This document shows, in pieces, positions 24,333 through 36,554 of a stretch of 64,000 nucleotides of DNA. The DNA comes from Trichodelitschia bisporula (lineage: Eukaryota), in the NCBI GenBank assembly GCA_010356995.1, contig ML996695.1, positions 629,061 through 693,060 of the forward strand, written 5' to 3'. The notes beneath the pieces were generated by a model, which saw only the letters and a program-made list of their open reading frames with translations, was not told the DNA's origin and did no database searches. The translations under genes were made by a program, and so were the position numbers. Numbering within the stretch: position 1 is the first letter of the stretch; each line of letters opens with the position of its first letter.

Positions 24333-25676
24333 ATGGCGCGTATGGCGCGAACCGTTCGTGACCGTCGCTCTTCAAAGCACGCATCCTCCCCCGAGGAGTC
24401 CCCTCCTCCCCCCAGCCCCCCCTCGGCCGGCCCGCCTGCTCGCAGGCGCCGCGTATCAACGCAGCAGACTCCCGCGTCGGCTTCGGGCGCCGCTTCAGCC
24501 CCGCCGGAGGGAGATCGGCCGCAGTCGAGTCACAAAAAGGCCTTCATGGACTGGTCGGCGATCGAGGAGGACCAGCCATTCAAAATCAATTTCTACGACA
24601 AGGCCCCGCCTAAAAAGCGAAAGCGGGACGAGACCGCGCCTGCCTGCCTCGACGCGCCCTTCACTGCCGAGTTCAATGCCTATTATTCTATCAGCCCCGC
24701 AAAATGGTGGGAGGATGCACCAAAGTACAAGCGCTTCACCAGTAAGGGTTTCCTTTGCACATTTGCATTAGTTGCTGACCCACTGCACAGTCTACGATGA
24801 GACGTTCCAAGTCGGTGAATACGTGCTAGTCAAGACGGAAGAAGCCAACCTCCCCGAGGGCAAAGCCGAAACCGGGCTCTCTCCTCTCGCCGATATCCTG
24901 AAGGGCCGGTGGGTTGCACACGTCCTGGAGGTGCGCGCGGGCGATGAACAGCACGTTTACCTGCGTGTCTTGTGGATGTACCGTCCAGAGGATCTTCCCG
25001 GAGGTCGCAAGCCCTGGCACGGCAGCTACGAGCTGATTGCCAGTAATTACATGCAGGTAATTAATGCGAGTATGTATAACATACTGATCGCCAGACACTG
25101 CTGACATTAGCAGTGAGCGTCGATGGCAGAGTGCCTGTCAAGCACTGGGTTGAGAACTACGATCTCGACAGTGACCCCAACGATCCGGAGGCCGATGAGC
25201 TATTCTACCGGTCGACAGTCGACTTCCTCCGCCCCTCGGCATCTTCATACCTGGTGAGTTTACCCTTCCTGTCTATTTCTTCGTCTGACTGACCCTATTA
25301 GCCTGTTCACAAGCATTGCAAATGTGATACACCTGCGAACCCGGATAATCTGCTCATCCGCTGTGAGAATTGTCAACACTGGCTGCACGCAGAGTGCATC
25401 TGCCGGGCTGCCACCACCCTCATGGCGAAGGAGCTGGATGCTCCCATTTCTGTCAGCAATAGTACCAACGCGCGCAATTCAGGTTCGGGTCGTGGTCGTC
25501 GCCCGTCCGGTCGTCCATCCACCGCGGCTGCTTTGCCGCATATCAGCATAAGCAAGTCTGAGCCAACAGAGGGTGGCAAGTCCGGCTACGAGCTGACGGG
25601 ACGCTTCACGGAGGACGGCCCAGCGGTGTGGAAGCGGGATGCTTCTTGTCTTTTCTGCGAGGTACCACTTGAATAA
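24333..25676 (+). CDS. BAH-PHD chromatin reader (EPR-1/BP1; plant EBS/SHL-like), 4 exons
   Basis: BAH domain: WVAHVLEVRAGDEQHVYLRVLWMYRPEDLPGGRKPWHGSYELIASNYMQVI. PHD: CKCDTPANPD...RCENCQHWLHAECI ... CLFC at the C-terminus. Three GT-AG introns. Confidence 0.85.
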
Positions 25677-26366
25677 GGAGTCTCTATATGATCGAAAAGC
25701 ACTGTCTTTTGGCTCTTCATTATTAGCGACGTTTGCTTGACTGCTGCTTTCGTTCCTCAACGTTTGCCGCAAGAATGGGCCAGTTGTAGATTCCAGGTTA
25801 CTGGCTTGCTTACTTGCTTGCTTTCGGGTTGGCTGGGATAGTGGCGTCATGAGGGACGCTGTTGGGCTTTACATAAGGTGCGGAGCGTAGTGGGCGGGGT
25901 CTACCGGTTATAGGGAGAGCTTGCTGGTGATGAGGATGAGGATTAGGGGCGGGGATATAAGTTGGTACAAGCGCCTGACGGCAAGTTCGACTCGTCCACC
26001 TCGGACGGGACCCCAATAAGAGTCGACATGGATGACGGTGAAATCAGTTCGTGGACACGCCGTCGGAACCTTGAATGGGTTCATTGTGTCTGTCGGCTGC
26101 TGGATGCGGTATTTAGGTCACTTTGAGAACTAGATGCAATTGCTGGGGCCCAGTATCGCCCAATGCTGCTATACTGAGGGCCGGGATCCGAAGCCACCAA
26201 GCAGAGGCAAATAGCAGCACATATATTTTGCTAAAATACAGCCTCCCGTGCTCCACGCCCCATCCGAAGCCGCCAGCTTGAAGCCCTGATAATCGAACGC
26301 CCAAACGCCGCCCAATACCCCTCCATGCCCACAGCTAGATCATCCCAACGCATTCCTGGTCTAGTT

Positions 26367-27653
26367 CTAGTCGGTTGCCATCCGCGCCATAGCGCGCTTC
26401 ATCCGCACACACTTCGCCTTGAGCAGCTTGACGCTCTCAACGAAGAGCTCATCGCTCTCAAACTGGCCCACCGATTCCACACTGCAGATAAAATGGTCTC
26501 GCACACGCCCCAGCCGCACCTTGTTCTTAAACTCCTCATGGCGTAGGCACTCGCGACTGACGGTATCGCGCATCGCGTCCGCCACGTAGGCCATCGACTG
26601 GCCTTCCTGGCCCTCGTATGGCCCGCCCTGCGCCGCTTCCTCGGCTGTGACCGGCCGCAGCCCGATGACTCCGCGCGGGAAGCAGCGTGCAAACTTCTTG
26701 GCGTCGGCGCCGATGATCGGGGAGAGGATCTCGATGGATGGCATGAGGCGATAGGAGGCGGTGGCTACGGGGGAGAACTTGGCGTGGTCGGCACCGATGC
26801 CCTTATGTGCGTGCATAGTCGCAACGATGGCCTGTCCGGGCCGCAGTTTGGCGAGCAGGATGTCCGGGTTGGCCGGTTTGAAGGCGCCGTCGCCTGTGAA
26901 GTATTCGTATTGCCTGCCGGCCGGGGTGAAAGTGATGTCGCGGGCGTAGACTGAAGGTTGTTAGCTTTACCAAATGGGTTTTTTTGAAGGACAAGACGCA
27001 CCGTTGGAATGCTCATAGAGCTTCTCCGGATCCGACTCGCCGTGCTGGAAGCGCTCTTTGCCACCTTCGCGCCAGGTGCATTCAACATTAATACTGAACG
27101 TCGCAGTGTTGTAGTCTGTGAGTGCGCTCGTTTCCTGTTGATTTTCCCCATCCTTGCTGCCTCCCTTGCCCTCCTCCGGCTCCTTGAGCTTCTCATCCTC
27201 CTTCGGCTTCTTCACCCACCGCATCCAATGGATACCCTCGTGCGAGCCCTGGAGCGGCACGAGCCCGAACCGCGCCGCCAACACTTCGTCCTGAATTAAG
27301 CTCGTGTTCTTGGCCATGTAGATCGTCTCGATGGCTACCGTGGGAACCTCAGCAATCAGGATGCGGCGGAAGGCGTTCGCGATGCTAGCATCGAGGCCGA
27401 TGAGTGAGAAGGACGATTCAAACTGCGCCGAGGAGTGGAACTGTACACGCAGGCTATTGCGAAACTTCTCCACATCCCAGGAGTGGTCTTCGCCGGGATA
27501 GAAATGGGGGTACTCGGTGTTGGACACATTGGTAACGGTATCGACATTATAGCGGACCAACTGGCGGGGTAATTAGCATGAACTTCCTATAGATAAATCG
27601 GCACATCGCGGTACCTTGCGTCTCTGCAGCTCTGCCTCGGTTGGCTGCACCAT
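26367..27653 (-). CDS. RPC40: RNA polymerase I/III shared subunit AC40, 3 exons
   Basis: MVQPTEAELQRRK, then DASIANAFRRILIAEVPTVAIE, NTSLIQDEVLAARFGLVPL, PDILLAKLRPGQ, KGIGADHAKFSPVATASYRL and RDTVSRECLRH. Confidence 0.95.
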
Positions 27654-27901
27654 GATTGCGATAGCTAGAATGGTACAAGAGAATGTCGGTGGTGACGAAC
27701 TTTTGCACGCCCGTCGACCTCAAAATAATTTCTGGATGACCGGGTGGCAGAAAATGCCCGGGACCCCGGACATGCCTCTCACCGCTTTGAGCTCGACTTC
27801 GGACCTTCACATCAACCCAAGTTTGGCACCCTCCACTTCTCCTCAATCACCCACCACCACCCTCCCTCTCGGTCAATTGCGTTACGGGCTCCTCAATCAT
27901 C

Positions 27902-29527
27902 ATGCCCGTGACGATTGCGCGCCTCGCGGCCCCCGCCGCCCGCTGCCTCCGCCGCAGTACGCCCCCTCTCGCCCCGCGCTTCGTCACCCGGTCCCTGGCA
28001 TCAACCACGAGGTACCGGGCCGCCGAACTTGGGAAGACGCGCCTCGTACCCGTTGACAGCAGCTGGACGCAACCGGAGGACTCATCGGACTCGTATATGC
28101 AGCTCTCCAAGGATGATGGCAGCAACCCGTCGAATCGCAAGATTCGCCACTATACCGTCAACTTCGGGCCTCAGCACCCGGCGGCGCACGGCGTGCTACG
28201 GCTGATTCTTGAGCTGAATGGCGAAGAGATCATCCGGTCCGATCCGCACGTCGGTTTGCTGCACCGTGGCACCGAGAAGCTCATCGAATACCGCACATAT
28301 CTCCAGGCTTTGCCGTACTTTGATCGCTTCGACTACGTTTCCATGATGACCAACGAGCAGGTCTTCTCGCTTGCCGTGGAGAAGCTACTGAATGTGGAGA
28401 TTCCAGACCGGGCTAAGTGGATTCGCGTGCTGTTTGCTGAGATCACTCGCGTCCTGAACCATCTCATGTCGGTGCTTTCCCATGCCATGGACGTGGGTGC
28501 TCTGACTCCCTTCTTATGGGGTTTCGAGGAGCGTGAAAAGCTCATGGTAAGCGGGCCTTTTTTGCTTTCATCAATTGAACGTGCGGTCATATTTCAAACA
28601 TGAGCAATGATGTTTCGGTTTTGTTGTTCTCATATGCGCCCTTCCAGCGATTGAAGGCTGAACTCGGGCCTCATGAAGAATGTCTTAATGAGCTACCTAC
28701 TAACATGTACAGGAATTCTATGAACGTGTCTCCGGTGCTCGTCTTCACGCAGCCTACGTCCGCCCTGGTGGCGTTTCCCAGGACATTCCTGTTGGCCTGT
28801 TAGACGATATCTACCAATGGGCGACGCAGTTCGGTGACCGTATCGATGAAACCGAGGAGCTTCTGACAGACAACCGCATCTGGATCGGCCGCACCAAGGG
28901 AGTCGGCGTTGTGTCGGCTGCTGAGGCTCTCAACTACGGCTTCTCGGGCGTTATGCTGCGCGGGTCCGGCGTCCCGTGGGACGTGCGTAAGAGCCAGCCA
29001 TACGACGCCTACGACCAGGTGGAGTTTGATGTTCCCGTTGGAGTCAATGGCGACTGCTACGACCGTTACCTCTGCCGCATGGAAGAGTTCCGCCAGAGCT
29101 TGCGCATCATTCACCAATGCTTGAATAAAATGCCGACGGGGCCGGTCAAGGTGGAAGACTACAAGATCGCACCGCCGCCGCGCGCTGCCATGAAAGAGAA
29201 CATGGAGGCGCTGATCCATCACTTCCTGCTTTACAGCAAGGGCTACTGCGTGCCGCCGGGTGAGACCTACACTGCTATCGAGGCCCCTAAGGGAGAGATG
29301 GGTGTGTTCCTGGTCAGCGACGGCACCGAGCGGCCGTACCGGTGTAAGGTGCGCGCACCCGGATTTGCGCATCTCTCTTGCTTCGATCAGATTTCGCGTG
29401 GCCACTTGCTCGCCGATGCTGTGGCTATCATTGGCACCATGGATTTGGTGTTCGGTAGGTCCCCGCGTGATAAGTGGCCCTGGACATGGGATTGGGCTGA
29501 CACGTTGCAGGTGAGGTCGATCGGTAG
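27902..29527 (+). CDS. NDUFS2: NADH:ubiquinone oxidoreductase 49-kDa subunit (complex I), mitochondrial precursor, 3 exons
   Basis: Arg-rich presequence, then [31 protein letters not shown] and [12 protein letters not shown]. Introns: 28547-28712 and about 29455-29510. Confidence 0.97.
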
Positions 29528-31478
29528 GCAGCTAGGCAAAATGTGTGGACTGGGAACTCTGTACGACGCGAGGCGCAGGGGAGGGCTGCTGTACATACTT
29601 AGCGTAAGAGAGGGTTTTGTGGCGCCCTTGATGTGATGAATGTGCCATGTGGGACGGTTCTTCACCAGCAACACCATTACGCTAGATGTTCGCGGCTGCA
29701 CTATGTCCGGTGCAGACTCCGAACAAGGAAGGACGAGTTGTGAAGCCATTGAGCAACATAGCTTTCGCAGTGGCCGTAACTAGCCTCCCATGAGCACACG
29801 AATTGGTGAGATATCAGTGTCTTGCAGTATCCGTCGGCGCACAACCAGCCACAAACCACATGCCGAGCACCCGCATCCGCATAAAATTACAGCAGCATAT
29901 CTCCACTCCGTACCACAGCCACCGTTCCTGTACGCCCGACTCCGTAGTACGTCCTAACCCCACCAGCTCGTGCCCCCGGCAAGGGAATATCCCCTTACCC
30001 CTTCCTCGATTTCCATCAAGAGAATACACCGCCCAGTTCTAACCGCAATCTTCCTCCGTCTTCTAGAAGCGTCATTCCGGCTCGAGCTCCCCCTTCCCAC
30101 AGCCAGAATCACGGGTTCCGCCCGGTTCGGCATCTACCCGCGCACCCGCGCGCGCCGGAAGCCAGCGGCCGTAATTTGGGATGGGCATCCAATGGCTTCG
30201 CCGCGCGTTCATAAATCAATGGTGACGGCTCCACCGCTCTAGTCAGGTACAACTCATTGGTCACGCCGCAGTGCGCTTCATGGCGAGCTTCACTTAAGTC
30301 TGCCATCTGCTGCATCCCGCGCGCATGACTCCGCTACCTAGATGCCGAATGCCGCAAGCCGGGGAGTGTTGTCAGCCTTATGCTACACGTTGGCTGGGGG
30401 GAGTAGCCCGGAGGCGTTACACACAACGGGGCGGGAGTAGTGTTTGTGCAGATGGGTGGGGAGTGCTGGTTTATGGTTTGATGGACTGGTAGACTGATGA
30501 TGATTCCGGATGGGGAGGGTCGCGTGGGAAATTGGGCAGTTGGAATTGGAAGATACTGTGGAGGGATGGTTAGGGCGTGATTTTGGCTGGTAGTTGGGTT
30601 TGGTTAGGTGGTGATGGTGACGCGTGGGCGCGGGTTGGGGGTGCTAAAGTTCCAGCCTTGTGGATGTGTGAGAGGCTATGCAGAGGTTGTAAGTTAGAGG
30701 AGGGAGTGGGAGAGCTTGATGGTGTATATTGAAGGACTAGAACTAGTAGACCATTGATATCCGAAGCAATAGCAAAGATATAGCAAAGATACCCAACAGA
30801 GCCGTCTCAAGCGATCGGTGATTGATAGGATCTCCGACCTCGAGCCGACTAGTACAGATCAGGAGTAAACCCAACCGGTTCCCCAAAACCACTGCAGGAA
30901 AGCTGATGCAGGAACGACCACAGCAGGATGCTGCAGGTTCATGAACCCCGCATAAAGAAGGAGTGCCGCGAAGCGGGTAGAGTGTTGTGCAGCGTCGCGG
31001 AAGGCCGGTTACCGCCTTCGGAGATTTGCCTATCTCCCCCTCCACGTTCGAACACACAAACCCGTTGCCATACATCGTGCCTTCCTCTTATAGACTCGCT
31101 CGCTCACCCGCTCCTTCCTCCTGATTCACTCGCTGGCCGACGGAAAACTCTCGCTTACCGGTGACAACGTGACCTCGATTCACTAGGAGGTACACCTATA
31201 CCATCGTTGTGCTTCCCAATTAGATTCTTTCCCCGTCCTCAAAACAACTTCTCCCTGAAATCCCTTCTGCAATCCAACCTTCGCCTTCGAAATTCGACAT
31301 TTTCCCTCAAACAACCACACCTTTTGACATTCCCTCTTCACCAGTGCTCTCCAACATCCCCCCTATTTCCATCTTTCCACTGCTGACATCCGTCCTTGAC
31401 ATACTGTATGATCCCCCCCCCCCTCACAATAGCAGCAATCATTGATCGTTGTGATAACGTTTCTTCACTTCAGGTACT

Positions 31479-33188
31479 ATGTTCAAAATGGTGATCATGA
31501 AGATCGTGGCGGTGGCTTTCCTGGCCATGGCGCTTTGCAAAGCAGACGGTGCTGGTGCTGGATGCATGGAGATTGCTGGGAACCAGTACTGCAATGAGGT
31601 TAAGCAGGTGCTCTACAATGCAGTCGGTGGTTCTGGTTCTTACCAGAAAGTCACCAACATGGATTCAACCACGGGCCAATGCACCCAAGAGCTCCAGCAG
31701 TTCTCGGGACCCATGGCGCCGTTCGATGAAGATGTAAGACTCCCCTGACATGCACGTGTCTAGTCTTCCGCTTTAGCATTCGCTATACGAAATACCATGT
31801 TCAAACAGATGGTGGACTAACACTCACCAATAGCTTTCGATCCATCTGCGCGGTCCTTTGAAGCTGAGGTCGTTTGCCGTCTTCAAGCCTGGCGAAAAGC
31901 AAGCTGAGAAGCGCTCCGTCCATCATGCCGACAAAAAGCACGCATTTAAACGCAAGCATCATCGGCATATCAAGAAGGATGTCGGCGACATGGTGACGGC
32001 AACAATCAACGGAAAGATCGTTTCTTGGAAGAATTCGTACGACGGAACTCCAGTTACTGGCCCGCAGGTCATTACTGCCACCATTAACGGGAAGGTTGTA
32101 TCCTGGACTAACCAGCCGGCTCCAGGTTTGGTCGCTCCACCGGTAGGAAATGGTGAGTCGTATGGCAACGGCCAGGCTTGCCCTGCCCCATCCACCTCGA
32201 CGATCACCACCTTTGTGCCTGCCACTCCCGATACTTCGGCCCATCACCCGGCTTCTCCAGCTCCTGAGGCTCCCAAGGTCGTACCTGCGCCGCCTCCTCC
32301 GCCAGCTTCCAACATCTCGCCTGCTCCCCCTGTGGCACCTTCATCTAGAGTCTCGTCGGTAGCTTCCCCCGCGCCTCACGGAGACCAGTGGGCTCGTGTT
32401 GCGTACTTCAATTCAGATGAGAAGATCTCAAACGGGATGGTCTATCTTAACAACCTTGGGGGCCAGGGTTCGGGGGTCTGGGATAAGTAAGTGATTCATA
32501 GACTCTCTGAAACACAAAGCTGATCCTGACGCAGGAAGTTTGGAAACAGCTTGTCATATGCTTCTGAAGACGGGAAAGCTGCCGCGAACGGCCCGCAGCT
32601 TTTCGCTGGCGAGCTGGATTCGAATACTGAACTCGGCATTTTCAGCGATCAGCTATGCGACGACGGTTGTGGCTTTGTCCGTCCGAAGACCGTTGCCTAC
32701 AGTGAGTATTCTTCAGTCAGCCTCAAGTCGGTACTAATATCGCAACAGAGGGGTTCGCTGGCCCGGAGAAGGCATTCTTCTTCGACTTCATGATGCCGGG
32801 TGACCCCAACAGTGGCGGTCGGAACTCCGACAAGCCTGCGATCTGGGCATTGAATGCTCAGATCCCACGTGTCGGAGAGTACCTTAACGACCCGGCCTGC
32901 TCCTGTTGGACGTCGGGATGCGGGGAAGTGGACATCTTTGAAGTCCTGGACCCCGGCAACAATCGATGCACCACGACATTGCACAGCTTCGCGAACGGCG
33001 GGACACCTAACTTCTTTTCACGGCCGACATCCAAGTACCTGAAGGTGGCAGTACTGTTTCACAACAACAGTATTACCATCAAGGTGCTAGATGACAGCTT
33101 CGAGTTCGGCAGCGTCATCGACGCATCTCAAATCGACGAGATTGCGGAAAAGTCTACTGCCTGCACGGTCATTGTGCCGTACCATTAG
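31479..33188 (+). CDS. TOS1: TOS1/YJL171C/PGA52-family secreted circularly permuted glucanase-like cell-wall protein, 4 coding exons
   Basis: Signal peptide, then GNQYCNEV, GSYQKVTNM, FSGPMAPFDE, HLRGPLKL, FGNSLSY, DKPAIWALNAQIPR and CSCWTSGCGEVDIFE (ExDxxE). There is a probable 5'UTR intron at 31190-31473. Confidence 0.88.
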
Positions 33189-34381
33189 CTCTAATTGATT
33201 TGGTCAGAATGGTGCAGTAGTTCTAGGCGTTAGATACCCGGACCGCAATGGAGTTCTGCTTTTCTAATTGCCAGAGCCGTGAAGTGAAATGCGTGCGAGG
33301 TTATCGAGCAGCAAGGCTGCATATCTCCATTGAGATTTCTCCACATGGCGACATGTGGCCGATTCTCCAACGGGCCTAGTTCTAGTTACTGGGACTTGAG
33401 CTAACCCCGCAATACTCCGTAGCTTGTGGACATATGTATTGGTACAGTACATCGGTAGGTATGTAATCAGAGTTAAGAATGTGGGTAAGCGCAGTTGTGG
33501 TGAATTGTGAGCCGCGAAGGGATACCACGGTGAGTACGGATGTACATAAGAGGGCTGGTTGCCACTCATTAATAGTGTACCCTGTTAAACTGCCCCTTTG
33601 CTCTGGGTAAATTGTCAGCAGAGGCAAGTCGAAGGAGCAAAAGTGATTAAAAGCTCTGGTAAGGGGGGAGTACGTACCAGTACCTGGGCTAGGCTCAAGA
33701 CTACGGTAGGTATTACGGAGACTAGATCTAATACGTTTTCCGCTTGAGCAAGCCCATGGGGTTTTGGTGTGGAGCGTGTGGAGAGACTTCTTGGTGGTGC
33801 AGCACGGTAGTGATCAGATCACGGCTCACGGACGGCATCTTGCAGCAGTTCAGCCGAGGCAGAAGGGCTAATTTTCACCAGCCACCGACGGTTCGGGATG
33901 AACGCAGCCGTCATTGCGCAGTACTTCGTACATTTGACGCCGACGACGGGGAAAGACGCCGCCCCCAGCCAAGCCGTCCATCAGTTTCCGCGAAAGCAAC
34001 CCAACCTTCTTCTTCTTTGCTTCCCCATCTCACGCCGCATTTCCCGCGAAACTCTCCCTCCCTCCTCTTCGAAACTTGTATAGCAAGAGGAGTCTCCTTC
34101 CCACCATTCCCGCCGTCATCCCGTCTTAATCATTAATCTTTTGCTTCTGGAGAGTGTGTCTTGTGGGTCAAGCGTCGGCGTTTTGCTCTCTCTACCCTTC
34201 CCTTGTTTGCGCCGCGTCGACCTCGGCCATCCCCGCATCTTTGCCCTTTCTCAGCCAGCTGACCCCCAGGCTCTGAGAGTCGCTTGCCACCAGCGTCATC
34301 CCTTCAACTTCGAACAAAACACCCACCCCAAGTCCTCCCACAATCTCATGAGCTGTTGGTAGCACACTTGTTGTAGAAGCA

Positions 34382-35833
34382 ATGGCTTCACCCCCTAAGC
34401 CGTGGGAACGGGCCGGTGCTGGAGGCACCTCAACCTCAGGTAAACATCATCCTGCACACTTCTGATTTATCGCATGCTGACAACATTTGCACAGTGCTCT
34501 CTCCTGCACCCGACACAAGCTCAAGTACCACAGGCGCATCGTCTGTCGCATCCTCATCAAATCCTCCGTCCCTTCCGCAACGTCCCAACACTCTCACCTC
34601 TGTCGTCAACCAGACCGCGTCCAACTACTCTTCATTCAACGGCAACCGCCTGGGAGCGACACCATACGGTACAACACCTTACGGATCGTCGCCATACGGG
34701 TACGGTAGTGGCATCGGCAGCTACACTTCGCCGTTCAACCGTTTCGGCGCTGGCGGCGCATACGGCTCCATGTATGGCGGCGTAGGCGGCGTAGGCGGTT
34801 ACGGCAGCATGTACGGCGGTGGGATGCCGGGCATGTACGGAGGCATGGGGGGAATGCCAGGCGATCCGAACAACCCCAGCCTGACCCAATCGTTCAGTCA
34901 GAGCACCCAAGCGACATTCCAGCTCATTGAGAGCATCGTCCAGGCGTTTGGCGGGTTTGCGCAAATGCTAGAAAGTACCTATATGGCGACACATTCATCT
35001 TTCTTTGGTATAAGATCCATGCCGTATATCTATATGTCTCTAACTCTCATATAGCCATGGTTTCCGTCGCCGAGCAGTTTGGCACCTTGAGACAAACCCT
35101 TGGTTCCGTCCTTGGGATCTTCACCATCATGCGCTGGATCCGGACGGCTATCGCTAAGCTCACTGGGCGCCCTCTTCCTGCTTCATCAAAGGAGCTCACC
35201 CCCGCAAACTTTGCCGCCTTCTCTGGCAAGCTGCCTGACGGCTCCCCGGCTCCACGGCCATCTAAGAAGCCTCTGATTATGTTCACGCTCGCCGTCTTCG
35301 GACTTCCGTATCTCATGGGCAAGCTGATCAAGGCGCTTGCCCGTAACCAGGAAGAAGCAGAGCGCCAACGAAGGGAAGCCAACCCGCAAATGTTTGAGGG
35401 CGAGCAGCTCGATCCCACCAAACTCGAGTTTTGCAAGGTGCTCTACGACTTCACGCCGGAGAGCAACAACGGTGCGCTTCAAGGCGCTGACCTTGCCGTG
35501 AAGAAGGGTGACTTCGTGGCCGTCCTGAGCAAAGCGGATCCTCTTGGCAACCCCTCGGAGTGGTGGCGGTGCCGTGCGCGGGATGGTAGGATGGGCTATC
35601 TCCCAAGTCCATACCTGGAGCCCATCCAACGGCGGGCACAGCTCACCAGCGGTAGCCAAGCGGGCAGCCCAGCTGGCAGCAGAGCTCAAACCATGACGAA
35701 CACGGTCAGCATGCCGAACAGCAGGTCGGCCACCATGACGGATGCCAAGGACATGGCTCAGCCTCCTGAGATTAAGGGCAAGGCCAACGATATCAGTGTG
35801 GAGAGTTTCCAGAAAGGAGGATTTTATTCTTAG
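34382..35833 (+). CDS. PEX13: Peroxin 13 (peroxisomal import docking, SH3), 3 exons
   Basis: MASPPKPWE, a YG-rich region, STQATFQLIESIVQAFGGFAQMLESTYMATHSSFF, then an SH3 domain (FCKVLYDF...WWRCRARDGRMGYLPSPY). Confidence 0.96.
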
Positions 35834-36554
35834 ACAAAATTCCAGCTAAGTTCGGGTGTACAAGTGCAAGTAAATGGTGGGGGCGGGCATGGTGTTGGCT
35901 TGATGATTTGTGGGATGGATCAGCGGTATGCGGCGTTTTGCTGACCTTTACGGTATATTTTCTGATCAAGCTTTCTCTTCGAGCGCTGTTCTTCAAGTGT
36001 CATATCTGGGATTCCGAGGATGGTTCTCATTTGTCATATGGTGGTAGTTGGTCGTCAGACCTTGCATACAGGCGGGTTGATACGGTACCTAGTTACAGTG
36101 GAACAAACCAGTCGCGGCCAATTCATATTCGCCCAATTAACGCGAATACCAGGTGCACTGCACCAGCTCACTTCCTACTCGGCGTATGCCCTGGGTACTG
36201 CCTTACCTTATGGGACGGAGCATTTTCCGGCTAATGCAGTCATCACGTGCCCCAACCTAGCACCTGGCCTCAAGTCGCATGGCGCGCATATGACACCAGT
36301 CAAGAGCGGGACAGCCTCGTTCGACTCCGAACGCAGTACCAACACTGCTGCGCTCCCTACCAGAAAGCCAGGAACAACTTCCCCCCTGGCCTGTGAAACT
36401 GGACTTTACAATCACCTTCTGTTTATAGCGTTCCGTGGATGCCGTGTACCTCACCGTCGTTTTTTCTCTGACGGAAGAGTTGGACAGCGCGCCAACATAG
36501 GTCCGCGAGTACCCCTCCTCAGCTCTCTCCCAGGCAACCACCACAAACCTCACG

